64,000 nt of DNA from a virus (Duplodnaviria > Caudoviricetes): positions 6,784 through 70,783 of IMG/VR virus record IMGVR_UViG_3300006201_000014, one strand, 5' to 3'. The translations under genes were made by a program, and so were the position numbers. The notes beneath the pieces were generated by a model. That model searched no databases. It had not been told where the DNA came from and worked only from the letters and a program-made list of their open reading frames with translations. Positions 10,040 through 19,978 of this stretch are shown in pieces (the first letter of the stretch is position 1; each line of letters opens with the position of its first letter).

Positions 10040-10225
10040 TTAAGCAATTGTTCTCATCAAAGCCTGTACTTTCTCGACAATAGTTACATTATTAGCTATA
10101 ATTGGCTCCATAGTATCGTTTTCAGGCTGTAAACGGTAGAAACCATTTTCTTTATAAAATTTCTTGACGGTTACACCTTCTTCTTTGCTATCTTCTACAT
10201 AAACCACCACGATTTCACCATTATG
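10040..10225 (-). pseudogene. lexA: LexA C-terminal (S24) fragment
   Basis: HNGEIVV...TVKKFYKENG.YRLQPEN..MEPII; no HTH or catalytic-Ser region; starts directly at a terminator. Confidence 0.75.
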
Positions 10226-10256
10226 CACCACCTTACATTTTTGTGAGATGGTGCAT
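10222..10256 (-). terminator. Hairpin downstream of the 10281-11129 gene
   Basis: ATGCACCA (10222-10229) / TGGTGCAT (10249-10256). Confidence 0.55.
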
Positions 10257-10280
10257 ATTTTGCATTATTTTTTAGTGTTC

Positions 10281-11129
10281 TTATTCAGCATAATTGATGT
10301 TGATGGCAAGAACCGCATCCTTACTTGTAGCATCATAGATTGCCTGCTTGAAGGATTCCTGTTTGCGTCTGAGTGGGTAAACATAATCAATGATAGCAGT
10401 AAGTAACTGCCCAAATTCTTCAACAGTAAATTCACGGCAAGCCTTCTTGATATTATGCCATTCTAACTTCCAATCTGGGTCGGACTGAATCTTAAGATTA
10501 TAAGCATTCAAATCAGTCAGCATTTCAATCTGATCTTCTTGAGTTACACCATAATATTCTCCATCAGTCCATTCTAATGGATTTCTTTCAAGATATTTTG
10601 CCAGAGCTGTCTTGTTCTGTGCCTGCATATAATCCTGTAACTCTTCAAGAGTACAAGTATTAACATCTACGGTTGGGCGTACAATGGCTTCGAGTTCATC
10701 CATTTTCTGTTCTGCTAGAGAAACATAACCAAGAGATACAATTACAATATTAGTAGATGTATCAATAGTTTCTGTCACAATAGTAGTAGAAGGTGTGGAT
10801 GTTTCAGTTCCGTCTTCGGCGGTTTCAATGACAGATGTTGCAATCTCTTTATCTACCTCTAAAGGAATATTTTCAACGGCCTCAGTGATACTCACTACCT
10901 TGATATAATCTTTAAAAGTAGTTACAAACCTACCATTTGGAGTAGTCTTATAGATAATTTTGAAATTATCTTTTTGGGATGTATTGAAAATCTTTACCAA
11001 TTTAGCTTTTGTAATATCGGAGGACAGGAACTTTAAAGTGAGAACTCCCCCAGTTTCATTGGAATCAAAAGCCTTAAGAACAGTATTGTCAACTAAAGTT
11101 AAATTCATCTGATATTTGATTTCTTTCAT
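10281..11129 (-). CDS. Tail-fibre-associated protein with a DUF4376-like C-terminus
   Basis: C-terminal L..W...D..Y..T.EDQ..M....W.....CR.FT.EEF..L...I pattern; located within the tail-fibre locus. Confidence 0.6.
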   Translation of the reverse strand: MKEIKYQMNLTLVDNTVLKAFDSNETGGVLTLKFLSSDITKAKLVKIFNTSQKDNFKIIYKTTPNGRFVTTFKDYIKVVSITEAVENIPLEVDKEIATSVIETAEDGTETSTPSTTIVTETIDTSTNIVIVSLGYVSLAEQKMDELEAIVRPTVDVNTCTLEELQDYMQAQNKTALAKYLERNPLEWTDGEYYGVTQEDQIEMLTDLNAYNLKIQSDPDWKLEWHNIKKACREFTVEEFGQLLTAIIDYVYPLRRKQESFKQAIYDATSKDAVLAININYAE

Positions 11130-11190
11130 GTTAAATCTCCTTTAAAAAAAATAAACGTCAATCTTTTCTTTCGAAAAAAGAAGAAAGATA

Positions 11191-11246
11191 TTGACGCAAA
11201 GATTAAGTGTGTGCTATAATGCGCTTAGAAAATAGAACATATGTTC
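11191..11246 (+). promoter_or_regulatory. Sigma-A promoter of the invertase with a LexA (Cheo) box just downstream
   Basis: TTGACG (11191) - 18 nt - TGnTATAAT (11212-11220); GAACATATGTTC (11235-11246). Confidence 0.75.
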
Positions 11247-11404
11247 GATTAAAAGGGCATAAAAATAGAGAAGATAAGTCCTGTCTCGCAAACTTTTCTT
11301 ACCTTCTCTACGGCACATGCGGTGAACCACATGATAGTCATATTCTATCACGGGGCTTGCCACTTTGCAAACCCATTTTTTAGAAATTGAAAGGATGATA
11401 GAAT

Positions 11405-12427
11405 ATGATGAAAACCGTTAATATTGATAATGTTATAAGAACTATTATGGACAGTATAACAGCAAATCTTGGTGAACAGTTTACCTTATCTGATTTAAAG
11501 CAAATCTTATATATGACCTTATCCAAATATAATATTAGTGAAGAGTGTACGGCTTTGTCCGTTGATATAGATTGTACAGAGCAGTATGTCCAAGATTATT
11601 TACTCAATATGAAATTAAATGGTTGCACTGAAAAAAGCATTAATGCTTATAGGAACGATATTAAAAATATGCTTATTTTTACAGATAAACCTGTTACAGA
11701 AATTACATACCATGATTTAAGGAATTGGTTAGGGTATGGAAAAATAGTAAGAAAGTGGAAAGATCGCACATATAATACTAAATTGGTAGAAATGCGTGGA
11801 TTTTTTTCGTGGTTATACGAAGAAGATTTACTCCCAAACAATCCTGCTAAAAAATTGAAGGAAACCAAAGTAGAACATCGAATTGGTTTAACCCTTCAAC
11901 CAGAAGAAAGAGAAGAAATCCGATGCCAGTGTAAAAACGAACGAGAACTCGCTATTTGTGATTTTTTATACAGTAGTGGGGTCAGGATTTCGGAATTATG
12001 TTCTTTAAATATTACAGATATTAGTTTTACAAAAAAATCTGCTATTGTGTATGGCAAAGGCAGAAAAGAGCGTGAAATATATTTTAATGCTCAAACTAAA
12101 GTTCATCTTATTAGGTATTTAAAAGAACGAACCGATGATAATCCAGCGTTGTTTGTGAGCGAAAGAAAACCGTATAATCGAGTCACATCTGGATCTATTC
12201 GAACATTACTGGGGAAAATTAAGAACCGAAATGATGCTACAAAGGGACTAAAATTAACGCCTCATGTTTTTAGACGAACAGTAGGAACTGACATGATAAA
12301 TAAGGGCGCACCGATTGAATTAGTAGCCGAGAAACTCGGACATAAAAATATTAGCACCACGAAGGACTGTTATTGTTCCATTGCGAGAGAAACGGTAAGA
12401 CAAGCGAATGATAAATTCGTGTCCTAA
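11405..12427 (+). CDS. XerD-like tyrosine recombinase (putative tail-fibre invertase)
   Basis: SGVRISE, HVFRRT, LGH...Y motifs; no arm-binding domain; lies between the two cassette pairs. Confidence 0.88.
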   Translation: MMKTVNIDNVIRTIMDSITANLGEQFTLSDLKQILYMTLSKYNISEECTALSVDIDCTEQYVQDYLLNMKLNGCTEKSINAYRNDIKNMLIFTDKPVTEITYHDLRNWLGYGKIVRKWKDRTYNTKLVEMRGFFSWLYEEDLLPNNPAKKLKETKVEHRIGLTLQPEEREEIRCQCKNERELAICDFLYSSGVRISELCSLNITDISFTKKSAIVYGKGRKEREIYFNAQTKVHLIRYLKERTDDNPALFVSERKPYNRVTSGSIRTLLGKIKNRNDATKGLKLTPHVFRRTVGTDMINKGAPIELVAEKLGHKNISTTKDCYCSIARETVRQANDKFVS

Positions 12428-12598
12428 ATTTAATTGAATTTTGCTAACATTATATAATATATTGTAACAGGCTTATCTCATCTTATATCACTGCATATTG
12501 CAATGGTTTTGCTCCACAAGACGGCCGCCGCAAAACGGAATTGTGTCCGATGAGGGTCACAAAATGCAATCACTTCTTTAAAATTATAAGATTTGTTA

Positions 12599-12625
12599 AA
12601 TAGACCGCCATATAGACGGTCTATT
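12599..12625. terminator. Inverted repeat downstream of the recombinase
   Basis: AATAGACCG / CGGTCTATT 9-bp stem. Confidence 0.55.
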
Positions 12626-12766
12626 AGTCGTGTCCTTTACCAAAAATATAAAAATAAATGAAAACTCAAATGAGAGAATTAACACTATATTTTTGAGAAT
12701 TCTCCGATTCCTCATGTCTTTGTATCACGGACAGCGGTTCCCAATATTTAGTTCTAACATAGTGAG

Positions 12767-12780
12767 TAAATGGCGATTTA
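12767..12780 (+). other. Inversion crossover site C (TAAATGGCGATTTA)
   Basis: Identical to site A. Confidence 0.85.
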
Positions 12781-13299
12781 AACCATTCTTTGTCATCGGA
12801 TATTCTTGCATACGCACTTTCGGATAACTGCAAGATCGGGTTTTCTTCTGGCGCATTTACCGGTTCTGATTATACGGGTACACTTCCGGACATCAACCTA
12901 AAATACGGCACATGGGAAATCAATAAGCGAAGTGCAAATACTATAACGGTTAAAGCATTTTCGCCGTATAAATCTACCATGTGGGTTAATTCCTATGTTA
13001 ATACCGCAGGATGGGCCGGATGGACATATTGTGCTAATGGAAACGATTTATTTTTGGTTCCAGAAGGAAATTTTTTAGATTTTATTGATTCAAAAAGACA
13101 GGGATTCTATGGCGGAATCTATACCAACAAAACCACTAATGTTCCCGGAACGTCCCGATATGGAACGTTTTATGCCATCGTAATGGACGAACCATCTGCC
13201 ACTGTACTTGCTTTTTCCCTTGACAAAAATGCATACATTAATTTCCGAACCGAGGGAATTTGGAATGGGTGGAAAAAAATTACTGTTGAGACAGCCTAA
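12769..13299 (+). CDS. Silent tail-fibre C-terminal cassette C
   Basis: NGDLNHSLSSD... is in frame with the ORF-track ORF at 12790; in-frame TGA at 12763. Confidence 0.82.
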   Translation, partial: NGDLNHSLSSDILAYALSDNCKIGFSSGAFTGSDYTGTLPDINLKYGTWEINKRSANTITVKAFSPYKSTMWVNSYVNTAGWAGWTYCANGNDLFLVPEGNFLDFIDSKRQGFYGGIYTNKTTNVPGTSRYGTFYAIVMDEPSATVLAFSLDKNAYINFRTEGIWNGWKKITVETA

Positions 13300-14486
13300 T
13301 CAAAATCAACAAGCGCAACAAACGTAGTTCGCACCCATCCGGTTGCTGGATTTTGAGATATTTCATTATAAATTCTCATTACGCCCGCCCCTGCAAAATC
13401 CATTAAAACGGTTCCGGAGCCATTTTGGGCGGGGATATCAAAAAAAGCACTATTGTAAACGCGCGAAATACCATTTATTCTCCCGATTTCCACAAAGGTT
13501 CTATTGCCCTCAAGGGGAGCACCGTCAATAGTCAAATTAAAGCTAACAAGAATCAAATTGGGGCCAATTTTAAATGCATTGATTCGATTAAATGACGTCT
13601 CTGAAACATGCGGGTTTTCTGTTCTGGTTTTTGTCATGACAACCGCCGCAAGATCACTATTCATAACATAAGATACATTATTAAACCAAGTCCCCTGCGA
13701 CTGATTATAAACTCTTGATATAATTTTCCCTGTATTATATTCAGCAAAAATCTGCCTTGGATATGAATTTCCGGTAGCTCTTTCAACTTTTAATATGAAT
13801 GCATTGGAAGCCGGAGAATTAATCAAAGTTGAAGCTATATCATTAGTTGGGCAATAATAATTCCCTGGTTTTCTATAGGTATCAGATTTCAAATCTGCGC
13901 CAGATGGGATTGCTATACCACCTTGTAGCGCATAGTAGTTAGGCAAATCGCCATTTAGCTTTTCTATTTTGCTATTAAGGTCATGTCCTTGTAGGGCGGA
14001 CAATGCCAATAAAGCGTTAGTACTATCAAGTCCATTATAAATATCAGCGGTAGATAATTTTCCCGAATTCAATAATTGGATAGCGTTAGTAATATCTGCC
14101 GCAGCCTGATCTACACCACCAGATTCTACGGTGATATTAGAAAATGCGCCAATCATAGTTTTTATACCATTGATTTGTATATTCAAATATTCAAATTTCT
14201 TTTTTGTAACAGCCCAAAGTAGATCTAGGGTTGATCCTTCTTCTAAAGCTGGATTTTCGGCAGTAACTTCTGCAAAGCTAGAAATAATTTTCTTTTTAAT
14301 ATCAGAAACGACTGCATAATCCAGTTCATTCCAGTGTTTTACGCCATCACCAAATTTAATATTGACCTCACCAACGCCAATGGTATTTTCCCATTCAACG
14401 CCGATTTCACGTTCCAGTAGAACTGGATTGGCTGCTTCCCATTTGGATTTTGTGTCACCACGAGGTCTAATTTTGCTAAATGCCAT
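13296..14486 (-). CDS. Tail fibre / receptor-binding protein: constant N-terminus (177 aa) plus currently expressed cassette D
   Basis: N-terminal NPVLLEREIGVE...KFGDG...WNELDY (Mtd-N/hyaluronidase-N-like); crossover site within LNGDL. Confidence 0.85.
   Translation of the reverse strand: MAFSKIRPRGDTKSKWEAANPVLLEREIGVEWENTIGVGEVNIKFGDGVKHWNELDYAVVSDIKKKIISSFAEVTAENPALEEGSTLDLLWAVTKKKFEYLNIQINGIKTMIGAFSNITVESGGVDQAAADITNAIQLLNSGKLSTADIYNGLDSTNALLALSALQGHDLNSKIEKLNGDLPNYYALQGGIAIPSGADLKSDTYRKPGNYYCPTNDIASTLINSPASNAFILKVERATGNSYPRQIFAEYNTGKIISRVYNQSQGTWFNNVSYVMNSDLAAVVMTKTRTENPHVSETSFNRINAFKIGPNLILVSFNLTIDGAPLEGNRTFVEIGRINGISRVYNSAFFDIPAQNGSGTVLMDFAGAGVMRIYNEISQNPATGWVRTTFVALVDFD
13944..13957 (-). 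other. Inversion crossover site D inside the expressed gene (TAAATGGCGATTTG)
   Basis: 13/14 match to sites A and C, opposite orientation. Confidence 0.85.
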
Positions 14487-14535
14487 AATTAATTATATCC
14501 TTTCTTTTTGATTTTTTTACAAATAAAAAAGACGG

Positions 14536-15528
14536 CTATGCATTGCCGCCATCATATTCGTTTTCGTATGTTTCCTCACTGGAATTTGCATATCCTCCAT
14601 CAAGAGATACAATTTCCCAGTGCAAATTTTCAATTGCTGCCAAACATTGATCTCGCGCTATGGCAGCACTTGTTGCGCTTTCATATGCGTTATCAGTTGC
14701 ATCTTGCGCTTCTGAAATTGCCTGTCTTGTGTCGTTTGCAGACGCAATAGCTTCGTCCCTGGCATTATTCGTATCCTTAATTACCGCTTGAGTTCTGTTT
14801 TCTATATCAGAAATAGCAGCAGCAGTCCTGTTTTCAATATCATTTATTTTATTTGTTACATTCTCTTGCCGTTTATTTTCGGCTTCAACACGGGCATTTT
14901 CTGCGGTTACGCGACTTGTTTCTGCTGTTTGAGAAGTATTAAGGAATGTTTCTACATCATTAATAAGTTTTTGTGCATCATTAGAAAGAGAAGTATAGCC
15001 AGAACGGTAATTTTGAATATCCTTGTTGATTTGGATTATGTATTGGTCAATAATGGTTTTGTTTGATTCATAATCTTTAAGTAATTCTGAGATATGTAGG
15101 GCTTGTAAAATTAAATCGTTTAGCACATTAAATTCACTAGATTCTACAAGTCGGTCATAATTCATCAGACTTTTTGAGATTGTCATTTTAAAATTAAAAG
15201 TAGAAATTATTTCTCCACCATTATGATCGAATACCTTAATACCGCAATTTATATCTCCGTACTCAGATAGCATAGATTCAGTGAATGTTATATATGGATA
15301 TCCATTCTCAAACTGACAAGATGTATTTGAGTAGTTTTTCCCATCTTTGTTCATCGAAAAAACAATATATTCAGTTCCTTTAAAACTGATAGGGACATTT
15401 GAATCAGTAATGATTAATCTCCGTTTTCGTGAATTGTGATCGTATTGTACTGCTTGTAAATACTTAAATGACTGTTCATGAGAAACATCTATACGAAAAT
15501 CTTCACATACGGTTGCCACAAGTTTCAC
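14536..15528 (-). CDS. BppU-like upper baseplate protein
   Basis: AVQYD..SR...I N-terminal domain followed by a coiled coil; position after the Tal-like gene. Confidence 0.7.
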   Translation of the reverse strand: MKLVATVCEDFRIDVSHEQSFKYLQAVQYDHNSRKRRLIITDSNVPISFKGTEYIVFSMNKDGKNYSNTSCQFENGYPYITFTESMLSEYGDINCGIKVFDHNGGEIISTFNFKMTISKSLMNYDRLVESSEFNVLNDLILQALHISELLKDYESNKTIIDQYIIQINKDIQNYRSGYTSLSNDAQKLINDVETFLNTSQTAETSRVTAENARVEAENKRQENVTNKINDIENRTAAAISDIENRTQAVIKDTNNARDEAIASANDTRQAISEAQDATDNAYESATSAAIARDQCLAAIENLHWEIVSLDGGYANSSEETYENEYDGGNA

Positions 15529-15683
15529 CTCCCTTAAAAGATGTATAGTCTCGGAAAGTCTTAAACCTTTATCTTACTGGCTTTTTCGTCTCCGAGACTA
15601 CACAAGATAGATGTTAATTTTCAGTTGTAATTTTTATCTACATCAATATAAACTTAAGATCGCTTGTTTGATTAATCTAATAT

Positions 15684-16082
15684 TCATTCAAACAATTTAT
15701 CAATAGTCATTAATTGATCCAGAGAAATTGATAAATCTAATTCCATTAAAACAGAGGGGTGAATTAAATATGGATCAAATTGACAATCTGTGCCAAATAA
15801 ATCTTCCATTTTATCTGCAAATTTTTTAATGTATTCAGGGTTTTCGTCTTTATAATGAGGTTTATATATATCCTCTCCAACCATATCAAAATATAACCCC
15901 TTATTATCAGCAACTAGGAATTCACTATATATCTTATTTCTTTCATTAAGTATAAAAATATAAGTATCCTTAAATAATTTCAGATTCCTAGAAATCCAAT
16001 AATTGACTTTAAACGAATTACTCTTTATATTTGTTAAAACATTATACATATTGAACACTTCATTAAATGTAAAATTTATCAT
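15684..16082 (-). CDS. Hypothetical tail-module protein
   Basis: ORF track; co-oriented in the operon. Confidence 0.6.
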   Translation of the reverse strand: MINFTFNEVFNMYNVLTNIKSNSFKVNYWISRNLKLFKDTYIFILNERNKIYSEFLVADNKGLYFDMVGEDIYKPHYKDENPEYIKKFADKMEDLFGTDCQFDPYLIHPSVLMELDLSISLDQLMTIDKLFE

Positions 16083-16100
16083 ATTTTCCCCTTAATGTTT

Positions 16101-19100
16101 TTATTGAATTGAATCATATAAATCGTCTACCTGTTTTTGAAGCGAACGAACTTCATGTCCCAAATATCTTAACCCATATTCAGAATCAGACCAGATATAA
16201 TCTAATACTTCACTCAAAGTGTAATTTTTCCAATGAGTTGTCTTTTCCAATGATATTTCTGGAATATCAGCTACTCCATATACAATTAAATTCTTTACTC
16301 TAACGTTCCCACTTTGAGAAACAACAAAATCATATTCTTCTCCATATGAATTTCCATCAGGATAATAATTAGCCCATAATGATACTGTTCCAGACTTATC
16401 CTCAAGTTCTGGACTAATTCCTGTCCATTCATCTTCACTTTCAAAAATATAACGCCCATTATATTCTTCAATTTTAAAATTTCCTAAATGTAATTCATCA
16501 GAAGTAGCATATAACATATAGCTAGTATCATTGCTAACATCCCAGTTTTTACCTGCTCGAATAACGGTTCCAGTCATTGTACCGCCAGTAATAGTAGAAC
16601 CTGATATATTGCCAGAGAACTTACCATTTTTAGCATTCATATTACCATTGGCGTCGACTATAAAATTATTGTTAATATTTAAAGAACCGCCAGTGATAGT
16701 TGTACCTTTAATAGTACCACCAGATATACTTGATGCCGTAATATCTCCAGAGAACTTACCATTTTTAGCAGTTAAAATTCCATCTGATGTTACTTCAAAT
16801 TTTGATCCTACTTTTAAATAACCACCAGTAATGTAGACATTGGAGCAAGACAATTTTCCAGTATTGTCTACCCAAAATGTGGCATTGGAAGAAGTTGCAC
16901 TCCCTGCCCAAAATGCTTTTGCTCCAACTGCTTTGTCTGAAGACATTCCAACATTTCCAGAAGTGAGAGAGTTGCCAGAGATAACGTAATTTGCGATATG
17001 TCCAGATGTAGATTCTATGTCTCCCTCAAATTTTAATTTTTTATTATTGGCATCCACATAAAGAAGTTTTTTATTATCAATAGATATAGAGAAAATATCA
17101 GATGGGGTATTAGGATTGATTTTGACCTGATAAGAGCCATTTTTAGCCGTTAATCCTTTATCATCAACCGTATAGGTTCCGCTACTATTTGTAATATATA
17201 ATTGATTTCCCATCAAAAGTTTCCCGACAACTGATTGGGCTGCCAATCCATAGAAGTAGTCATTCCCCATCTTGACATGTCCAAGAGCCAATGATACAGA
17301 ATCCCATCCTGTTGTGGTAAAACAAATTACATTTGACGTTGCCCAGAGTTGAATTGGATCATATCTGCCTTCGTCTGGCAGCCATTTTTTTAACATTAAC
17401 CCAGTTTCATCAAGAACCCATTCTTGGTTACTAGAACTTTGTAATTGTTTAAGTGAAGCATCAAAAACAGAATTTTGATATTCTTGAAATGCAATAGAAG
17501 ATTGGGCCGCATCACGCCATGCACCAGAGGCAAACCCAATCTGAGAAGCTGTGCTTTGTGCTTGATTTTTTATTTCTTCAAAGAATCCCCAAGGTTCTGT
17601 TAAGGAATCACGATTACTAAAGGTCACTTTAAAATCTGACGGATCATCCCAATTTACATGCATTTTAAGTAATCTTGCATTTAAAATGATATCATGATCT
17701 TCTAATCTGATATGTAAAATATTAAACATTTCCAGACTATCTGTGAAAATCTTGTAATCATAGTTTACTGTGAAGTTTATTAGATCAATTTCTGAATCAA
17801 ATTTAGGATAACAAACCTTTGCTAACTCTTTTTTTGCATGATTCATTAATGATTTTTGCATTTCAAGAATTTCATCATCTGTCATGATACTTGTAACGAT
17901 GAATGAATCGTCAGTTAGAGTATCCTCCTTAATGTAAGCGCTCAACTCTTTATAAAGCGTTTCACCTAAATAGTCTTCAAGACTCACAACAAGAGATTGA
18001 ACTTGTTTCTGACAAGTGAGTATCTCAGCTTCTTTATTAATAATCTGTGTTTTCCTTTTCGAAATCTCAGCCTCAATCGCTTGGTGAATTTTTGAGTTTT
18101 GGGTAAAAAGAGCAGAATCATCTTGGTTTGTATACAAAGACATATTAGCTTTATATATTTTTTCCTGTGTTTGCAACTCAGATAGACCATACTGTGTCCA
18201 ATCCATGCTACCTGCTGAGGATGGAGCTTTACTTTTTAAGTCATTTAAAGAAATATATAAATCCCCTAGTTGTATAAGTTTTTGTTGATATGCAGATTCA
18301 TTTTGCTTACATTTCTTTTCATATCCAGAAAGCCCGTTTTGTAATTTTTCGCTCATGAATTTGAGGTAATATGAAAAATCGAATAACTGGTTTGTTCCAG
18401 AAATATTTACTTCTGCAATGCCAAGAGGAGTATTCGTTCGTACATCATTACCTCCAACTACCGTTAATACCGTTTTAATTTCTGAGTCATCAGATTTTTG
18501 ATTTATGGACTTTATGAAATTACGATAACTCAATGTAATTCCAGTATCATGCCCTAAATGTTCCAAAGTATAAGCACTTATACTTTTATCTGAGGAATCA
18601 AAAAGAAATATACAATCAAAAGCAGATGAAACATTATCCGTTAAAAATGTGTAGGTATCTATACTATCAACTTGAAAACTCCGATATTCAGAAGTAATGG
18701 AAGGATCAATATATTTTATCCACCAATCAGGATTTTTCTTTATGACCTGATGAAGAATTGAATGTTCAACATCTACTACACTATAAAGACAATACATGTC
18801 TAATCCACCCTGTTCATCAGAACTTGTACCTAATGAACCAAGTGAGGTAATATATTTATGAGCTAGTTCATGCTCTAATGATTTATAGACTACCTCTTTA
18901 TATTCATTAAGTCCCTCATTAATAATTTTAACTTCTGAAATTACGAACCAGTCGATACCATGTAATAGTACATACATGCCAACTGTTATCCAACTATAAA
19001 AAGGAGATGGTTCGCTATCTTCATATCTATTTACTTTGAATGTCCCCTCATTCATAGCGTTTCCACAAAAATCTGTCTGTAATTCATGTGATATAATCGT

Positions 19101-19187
19101 ACCTATAATATGTTTACGGGGAGTTCCAATATAGGTAATGGGACGTTTTAAATTTTTATAATAATTATAATTGAATATCTTATTCAC
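16101..19187 (-). CDS. Tal-like tail spike / minor tail protein
   Basis: 1028 aa after Dit; coiled-coil middle; repeated KNGKFSG.I.GSTI.GGT beta-helix-like units. Confidence 0.7.
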   Translation of the reverse strand: MNKIFNYNYYKNLKRPITYIGTPRKHIIGTIISHELQTDFCGNAMNEGTFKVNRYEDSEPSPFYSWITVGMYVLLHGIDWFVISEVKIINEGLNEYKEVVYKSLEHELAHKYITSLGSLGTSSDEQGGLDMYCLYSVVDVEHSILHQVIKKNPDWWIKYIDPSITSEYRSFQVDSIDTYTFLTDNVSSAFDCIFLFDSSDKSISAYTLEHLGHDTGITLSYRNFIKSINQKSDDSEIKTVLTVVGGNDVRTNTPLGIAEVNISGTNQLFDFSYYLKFMSEKLQNGLSGYEKKCKQNESAYQQKLIQLGDLYISLNDLKSKAPSSAGSMDWTQYGLSELQTQEKIYKANMSLYTNQDDSALFTQNSKIHQAIEAEISKRKTQIINKEAEILTCQKQVQSLVVSLEDYLGETLYKELSAYIKEDTLTDDSFIVTSIMTDDEILEMQKSLMNHAKKELAKVCYPKFDSEIDLINFTVNYDYKIFTDSLEMFNILHIRLEDHDIILNARLLKMHVNWDDPSDFKVTFSNRDSLTEPWGFFEEIKNQAQSTASQIGFASGAWRDAAQSSIAFQEYQNSVFDASLKQLQSSSNQEWVLDETGLMLKKWLPDEGRYDPIQLWATSNVICFTTTGWDSVSLALGHVKMGNDYFYGLAAQSVVGKLLMGNQLYITNSSGTYTVDDKGLTAKNGSYQVKINPNTPSDIFSISIDNKKLLYVDANNKKLKFEGDIESTSGHIANYVISGNSLTSGNVGMSSDKAVGAKAFWAGSATSSNATFWVDNTGKLSCSNVYITGGYLKVGSKFEVTSDGILTAKNGKFSGDITASSISGGTIKGTTITGGSLNINNNFIVDANGNMNAKNGKFSGNISGSTITGGTMTGTVIRAGKNWDVSNDTSYMLYATSDELHLGNFKIEEYNGRYIFESEDEWTGISPELEDKSGTVSLWANYYPDGNSYGEEYDFVVSQSGNVRVKNLIVYGVADIPEISLEKTTHWKNYTLSEVLDYIWSDSEYGLRYLGHEVRSLQKQVDDLYDSIQ

Positions 19188-19978
19188 TAAGCTACCCCGA
19201 TTCTTCTATATTCTCTATAAATTAATCGAATCTCACATGGAAGATTACTTTTAATTGTGTTATATCCGTCAATTAAATAGAGCCAATCCTTGTTTACATC
19301 GTCATAAATATTTACATTATGCGATGGATCAGAAGATGAAATGATTGGATATGCACCATTAATTGTTATGGTTTCATTGGCTTTAACATTATTTATTTTA
19401 AATGGATGAGATGTGGTTTCTTTATCAGAAATGTTTGTCAACGTTAATATACCAGACTGAATCGGTGTTACAATTATATCTGGATAGATAGGTAATTCTT
19501 CATCATTGTCCACATAAAGAGTAAGTGATTCATCCATTGCTAGTGTATAAACGTTATCCCTGATATCAGAAAACCCATATGGTGCATTCATTGTTATAGT
19601 AAATTCCATGCCATAAACGTCTCCAATAAAGATTGTTTTAGGATTACTAATGTTGGCATAAAACCAAATATCTACATATCTTTTGTCAAAAATATTAAAC
19701 AGTTTATATTTGCCTTTTTGACACAGCCATTTTTTTAATGCTCGCTCCTGATATTGAGTGATAGGAGAGAAGTCCCTATTTACAATCTGCATGGTATAAC
19801 TCAAAGGTGCTGAATAGTCTTGAGAGATAATATGGAATATATCTCCTAATACAGATTTTTCAGTATTTAATGTAGTTTCTTGAGCAGACATAGTAGAAGG
19901 CATCGTCTGCTCAAATGATACACATCCAATTCCATACTCGTTACATGCTACATTATCGTATACAAATCGTTCAAATAT
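19187..19978 (-). CDS. Distal tail protein (Dit)-like; probable start is ATA at 19978
   Basis: Frame is open 25 codons upstream of the ORF-track ATG (IFERFVYDNV...); GGTGA SD 6 nt before ATA; position between TMP and Tal. Confidence 0.7.
   Translation of the reverse strand: MFERFVYDNVACNEYGIGCVSFEQTMPSTMSAQETTLNTEKSVLGDIFHIISQDYSAPLSYTMQIVNRDFSPITQYQERALKKWLCQKGKYKLFNIFDKRYVDIWFYANISNPKTIFIGDVYGMEFTITMNAPYGFSDIRDNVYTLAMDESLTLYVDNDEELPIYPDIIVTPIQSGILTLTNISDKETTSHPFKINNVKANETITINGAYPIISSSDPSHNVNIYDDVNKDWLYLIDGYNTIKSNLPCEIRLIYREYRRIGVA

Noticed and set aside
12430-12590. GC-richer non-coding tract after the recombinase
   Set aside because: Could be an IS or RNA remnant, but I found no terminal repeats or family signature to support a call.
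16531-16821. Repetitive plus-strand ORF (PPVIVxP, PENLPFLA)
   Set aside because: Mirror of the beta-helix-like repeats in the minus-strand tail protein.
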